A stretch of DNA of 64,000 nt, from positions 753,954 to 817,953 of the forward strand of contig RDEW01000008.1 of assembly GCA_011109175.1 (NCBI GenBank), read 5' to 3'. Below the pieces are notes generated by a model, which did no database searches, was not told where the DNA came from, and worked only from the letters and a program-made list of their open reading frames with translations. Shown piece after piece: positions 60,250 to 64,000 of the stretch; the first letter of the stretch is position 1, and the number at the start of each line of letters is the position of its first letter. A program made the position numbers and the translations under genes. The DNA comes from Dicyema japonicum. Lineage: Eukaryota > Animalia > Dicyemida.

Positions 60250-60500
60250 AAAAGAAATATTCTTGCCTTGGGGATCGCTACCGATTTACTCCTGTTGCGA
60301 CCGAATCATCGGGAGCCGTTGGTCCAATGACGGCTGAGTTTTTGCGAGAACTCGAGGATTGCTTGCCAGAAAGAAAAGGGATCAACGAGAAGGGTTATGG
60401 CTAAGACAAAAGATTGGAATAGCCATACTCCGAGGAAACTCGTTCGCAATCCACGCAGCAGGTTTCCTCAACTGACATTTGTTTAATTGTTAAAAAAAAA
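60250..60500 (+). mobile_element. CRE 3' fragment with poly(A)
   Basis: KYSCLGDRYRFTPVATESSGAVGP..WLRQKIGIAILRGNSFAIH. Confidence 0.85.
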
Positions 60501-60783
60501 TTATTCTTGATGCAAAAAAAATTATCAAATAATTTTTTAATAAAGGCTTTGTGTAAACGCTATCGTAGTTCATTTTAAGCAATAGTATCTCAGAAAATAA
60601 AATTTACATTTTTTCAAGAACTTACAGTTTCATGTGACAATAATAGGAACATTAAATCGATCCGACGCACTAAATCGTCCGCTTGTGGGCTAAGGATTCC
60701 TGACATCTCAACACCACTGGGACAAACAAATGATCCTCGCAACATTATTAGCCTGATTATTTAATGTGATAAAACTGGATGTA

Positions 60784-61118
60784 AGGGTAGAAAACCAGAA
60801 AGGATCATTCAAATACGTATTAGACATATGTGCTATAGAGGGACGTCACCACCTCAACCCGATACGTCGTCATGGAAGAATACTTAGATACGTCAGGGGA
60901 GAAGTTCAGAGGTCGTCAAGAATAACTCTTCTGGAAGTCCTTAATGGTGACCTGAGATCAGTAACCAGACTACTAAAGGACGGTGAAGACCTTAGTAGTC
61001 TGCGGCACTTGGCATCGGACAGGAGGGGATGGGAAAGGCTAATTAAGAGGATTGTTCAGACGCGGCACGAATAGAATTATAGTTTATATGATTCTATGTA
61101 GTTGCTTATAATAATAAT
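60784..61118 (+). mobile_element. RTE-group insertion: inverted 5' end plus sense 3' end, 12-bp TSD
   Basis: TSD aaactggatgta at 60772-60783 and 61119-61130. 60784-60859 is antisense to the element 5' end; 60860-61118 encodes the RT C-terminus and a (TAA)n tail. Confidence 0.85.
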
Positions 61119-61624
61119 AAACTGGATGTAGTTAGGCTCAATTTTTGAATAATTTTGTGTTTAATACGAACTATTGGAATGATAATATCATCAAAATAGT
61201 TTACTCAAAGACAGATCAAATTAAGATCATGAACAGTCTAAACTAGCTTTCGTCAACCTTTTCTTGCTGGGATCCTCCAGATTTAAAATATTCTGCATAA
61301 AGGCAATCCCGATACTTTGATTTCAAATATCGGAGACGTGACATTGGAGCTACTCTTAGTATTTGCCGTGAATTAAATTAAGTTATGGTAAGTCTCTTCC
61401 TAAATTGAGCCAAAATTCGACAGGAAACTCCAAGGGAGAAGTGTCAATCTGTACGATCAAAGTAAAATGAATCTAAGTCATTTAAGGTCTCAGTTGATTT
61501 TTACGATAATTATAATTCTCTTTTCCTAGGAGTCATTTATATTAATCATGTGCCCTGAATTAGACATTTATGTGTTTAGCTGGAATTAAAATAAAATATA
61601 TATTTTCGATAAAGCTTAATAAAA

Positions 61625-62245
61625 AAATCCGCTATTTAGCTGATTTACACAAGTGGAATAATGGGAAGAGACAGACATTTCCACATTTTCTGCAGGTGGA
61701 TAAATTTGAAGGAAGATTCATTTCTCGAATAAGCTCTTCATATTCGGATTCGAACCTATGATGAATGTAAGTGAGTCTATTTTGGTATAAACTCAAAACA
61801 TGATGAATATGATTTTGTATAATATCACAATTCAAACACCCACTTTTGCTTCCACCCTGGTCATAACAACTAGGTGATTCAGGAATCATGCCAAATTCAT
61901 TTGAAATCTGATTATTGACATCACGAACAATATTTTGTCGTTTTGGTATGCTTTGCTGATGCTATTATTTTCATGTGTTGAATATTTTAAGAGATTTTCG
62001 ATTTTTAAATTATTTTCCGTGTTTTGCCAGCCAACAGTTGGTTTCATTTTCTTTGTAAAATATTGATGGATATTTCGATGTGGGCACAGATTTGAATGTT
62101 TTGTGTACTTTTTCGAAACAAAAACTAACATAACGAGAATGATTTTTACATTACAGCAATATGACTTGAAGATTTTATGGACATGTGAATGCTGGATTAG
62201 ACCACTCTTTGTGTGAAAGGATTTAACTTTCTTTCTCTATGTTTT
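61625..62245 (-). pseudogene. Pseudogene copy of the EVI1-like zinc-finger gene
   Basis: ATG mutated to ATA, CxxC of finger 1 deleted, frameshift after the retained 25-nt intron. Confidence 0.82.
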
Positions 62246-64000
62246 TATATATTACTTCGAGCTGAGTTTTGTGTACTTAATAGGCTACTTCTATGATTTG
62301 CATGTTTTATAATGTAATTTCGCGTGGATGCTGAGTTTTGATTTTGTTGTCGGGTTTTTTCGTCATTTTGAAATATAATAATGAAATTGAGAATTTATTG
62401 TTTTTTATTCGTCCAGATGAGAATATCTCAGTAATCGCAAATATTTTTAATATTGCTTTTTGTCTTGGTTTGGGTGTATTTGATAATTCTATTTTGAATG
62501 CAACATTATCAGTAATGTAGTTGATTAAAGATGATATATTTAGGTTTTTCATAATTTGTCACGTAAAGGTTGACAAATTAATAGAGAAACTGCAAATTAA
62601 TAGAGAAACTGTAAATAACAATTTTTAACAGCCAAAGTAGCATTTTTATTTCACATCTAAGATTTAAAAAATAATAAGTTTTTATAAAATTTATTTATTA
62701 AGAATGAAATAGTCATTCTATTTTATGTTTTAAAACTTCGATCTTTAGAGAGAATCTTTGATACTATCGAAATAGCTCTTTCAACAGAAACAGAACTTGC
62801 TCTCTAGTTCTTAAAGTTGCATAGACATATATGGTGGAAGACTTTTATTCGGATATTATATTATTTCCAAAATCCCAGTTATTTGAAGTTTTTGGCTAAA
62901 TTCTGAAATACTCTCAATGTAAATTCCCGACATCAAACTAATGTGATTTTTTAAAGTACAATTTTGCATTAATATGATACATATCACATGAAAAATATAA
63001 GCATAGAACAATTTAAGTGAATTTCCGGCTAAAAATAATATTATATACCACTAGTCACATATCGCAAAATAAGGAGGCCGGGATTACCCGACGGCCATGT
63101 ATTCCCTTTTAATTTGTCGGTGATTATTGATTTTAAATAAAAAAGTATTAAAGAAGGTGAATATTTTAATTTAAACAAAAAAGTTACAATCTATGTTGAC
63201 TACAAACTCTGAATATTTCTTGCATAAAAATGGCTTTATATGTTTGTGCCCAGCCATCAACCAACAAATATAATTAACACGTGTCTTGTTTTTTTATTAA
63301 CCCAAAATCACCAACAGTTAATTAAAGGAATTAATTAATTAGGTGATTCCTATAAACTCTGAAGAAACTACTTAACTTTTCCCGATGTTGGACTTTTGAT
63401 CCAGCACGGCTACGGATTGGGCGGGGAGGAACGAGTATCTGGTAAGATGTCACGAAGACACTTGTTTTTTTAATTTAATGAATCATCCCAACTTGTAGTT
63501 GGCAGAACTTGTCATTTCGGGAATGCGATAGTGGGAACATGATACACTAACCGTTTACTACCATCAATTCACTCAAACACTATAATCGAGATATGGACAT
63601 CAGCCTTCTCAGTCAAAATTCTCCAACGAAAAATAAAGCTATTAGAAACTAGAATGAGAATGATATGAAAAAAATAGTAAAAAATATTAATTATTTTAAT
63701 AATTTATTCGATTTAATATTTAAATAATAGAATTTAAATTTTAAATCCACGCTTTTAAGTGTCACTTGTACTTTCTTTAGTGGCCATTTTGAAAACATTC
63801 TGGTCAATCCGGAAAGTAACATAATATTGCCAATTTCGGATCATGGCATACATTTAAGATGAACTTAAATGTTTTATATGATGATTTGATAGGGACATAT
63901 GAGTTATAATGATTTCCCATCTTTCTGATAAACTTACTATATATTGCTATTGTGTTTAAAATTTTTCTGTTTTTTAAATAAAATATCAACATATATTGGG

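Noticed and set aside
1-64000. Non-standard genetic code to explain the many in-frame stops
   Set aside because: BLOC1S2, the zinc-finger gene and the RTE ORF read cleanly with the standard code; stops in decayed copies are of all three types and accompany frameshifts.
1-64000. Microsporidian or prokaryotic origin of the window
   Set aside because: Intron-dense genes, EVI1-type fingers, BLOC1S2 and animal-like GrpE do not fit, even though some transposons resemble types seen in microsporidia.

Overview
AT-rich eukaryotic DNA dominated by decayed mobile elements. These include many APE-type LINE fragments (I-group, Ingi/Vingi-like), one near-intact RTE-group LINE (55290-58320), an R4/Dong-like RLE element (about 1440-4820), CRE remnants, two Tigger/pogo DNA transposons, a FLYWCH foldback (MULE-like) element, and hAT and KRBA2/Ginger-type integrase fragments. 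The ORF track misses the host genes because they are split by extremely short GT-AG introns, mostly 19-28 nt. I could splice by eye an intact BLOC1S2 gene and an apparently intact 190-aa PRDM3/16(EVI1)-derived zinc-finger gene. There are also intron-retaining copies or pseudogenes of SEH1, mitochondrial GrpE, a GT31 galactosyltransferase and several orphan genes. EVI1-type fingers, BLOC1S2 and animal-like GrpE point to a metazoan; the tiny introns suggest a reduced parasite such as a myxozoan or dicyemid (inference, not proven). Most interesting signals: the mini-intron system, the remodelled EVI1-like factor, a mini-intron inside a transposase, 2A-like ribosome-skipping motifs on LINEs, a covarying LINE 3' stem-loop, a twin-priming product in an RTE-group element, and a degenerate (TTAGGG)n array next to a Ginger-like integrase. 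All family assignments come from motif recognition by eye; no database searches were run.
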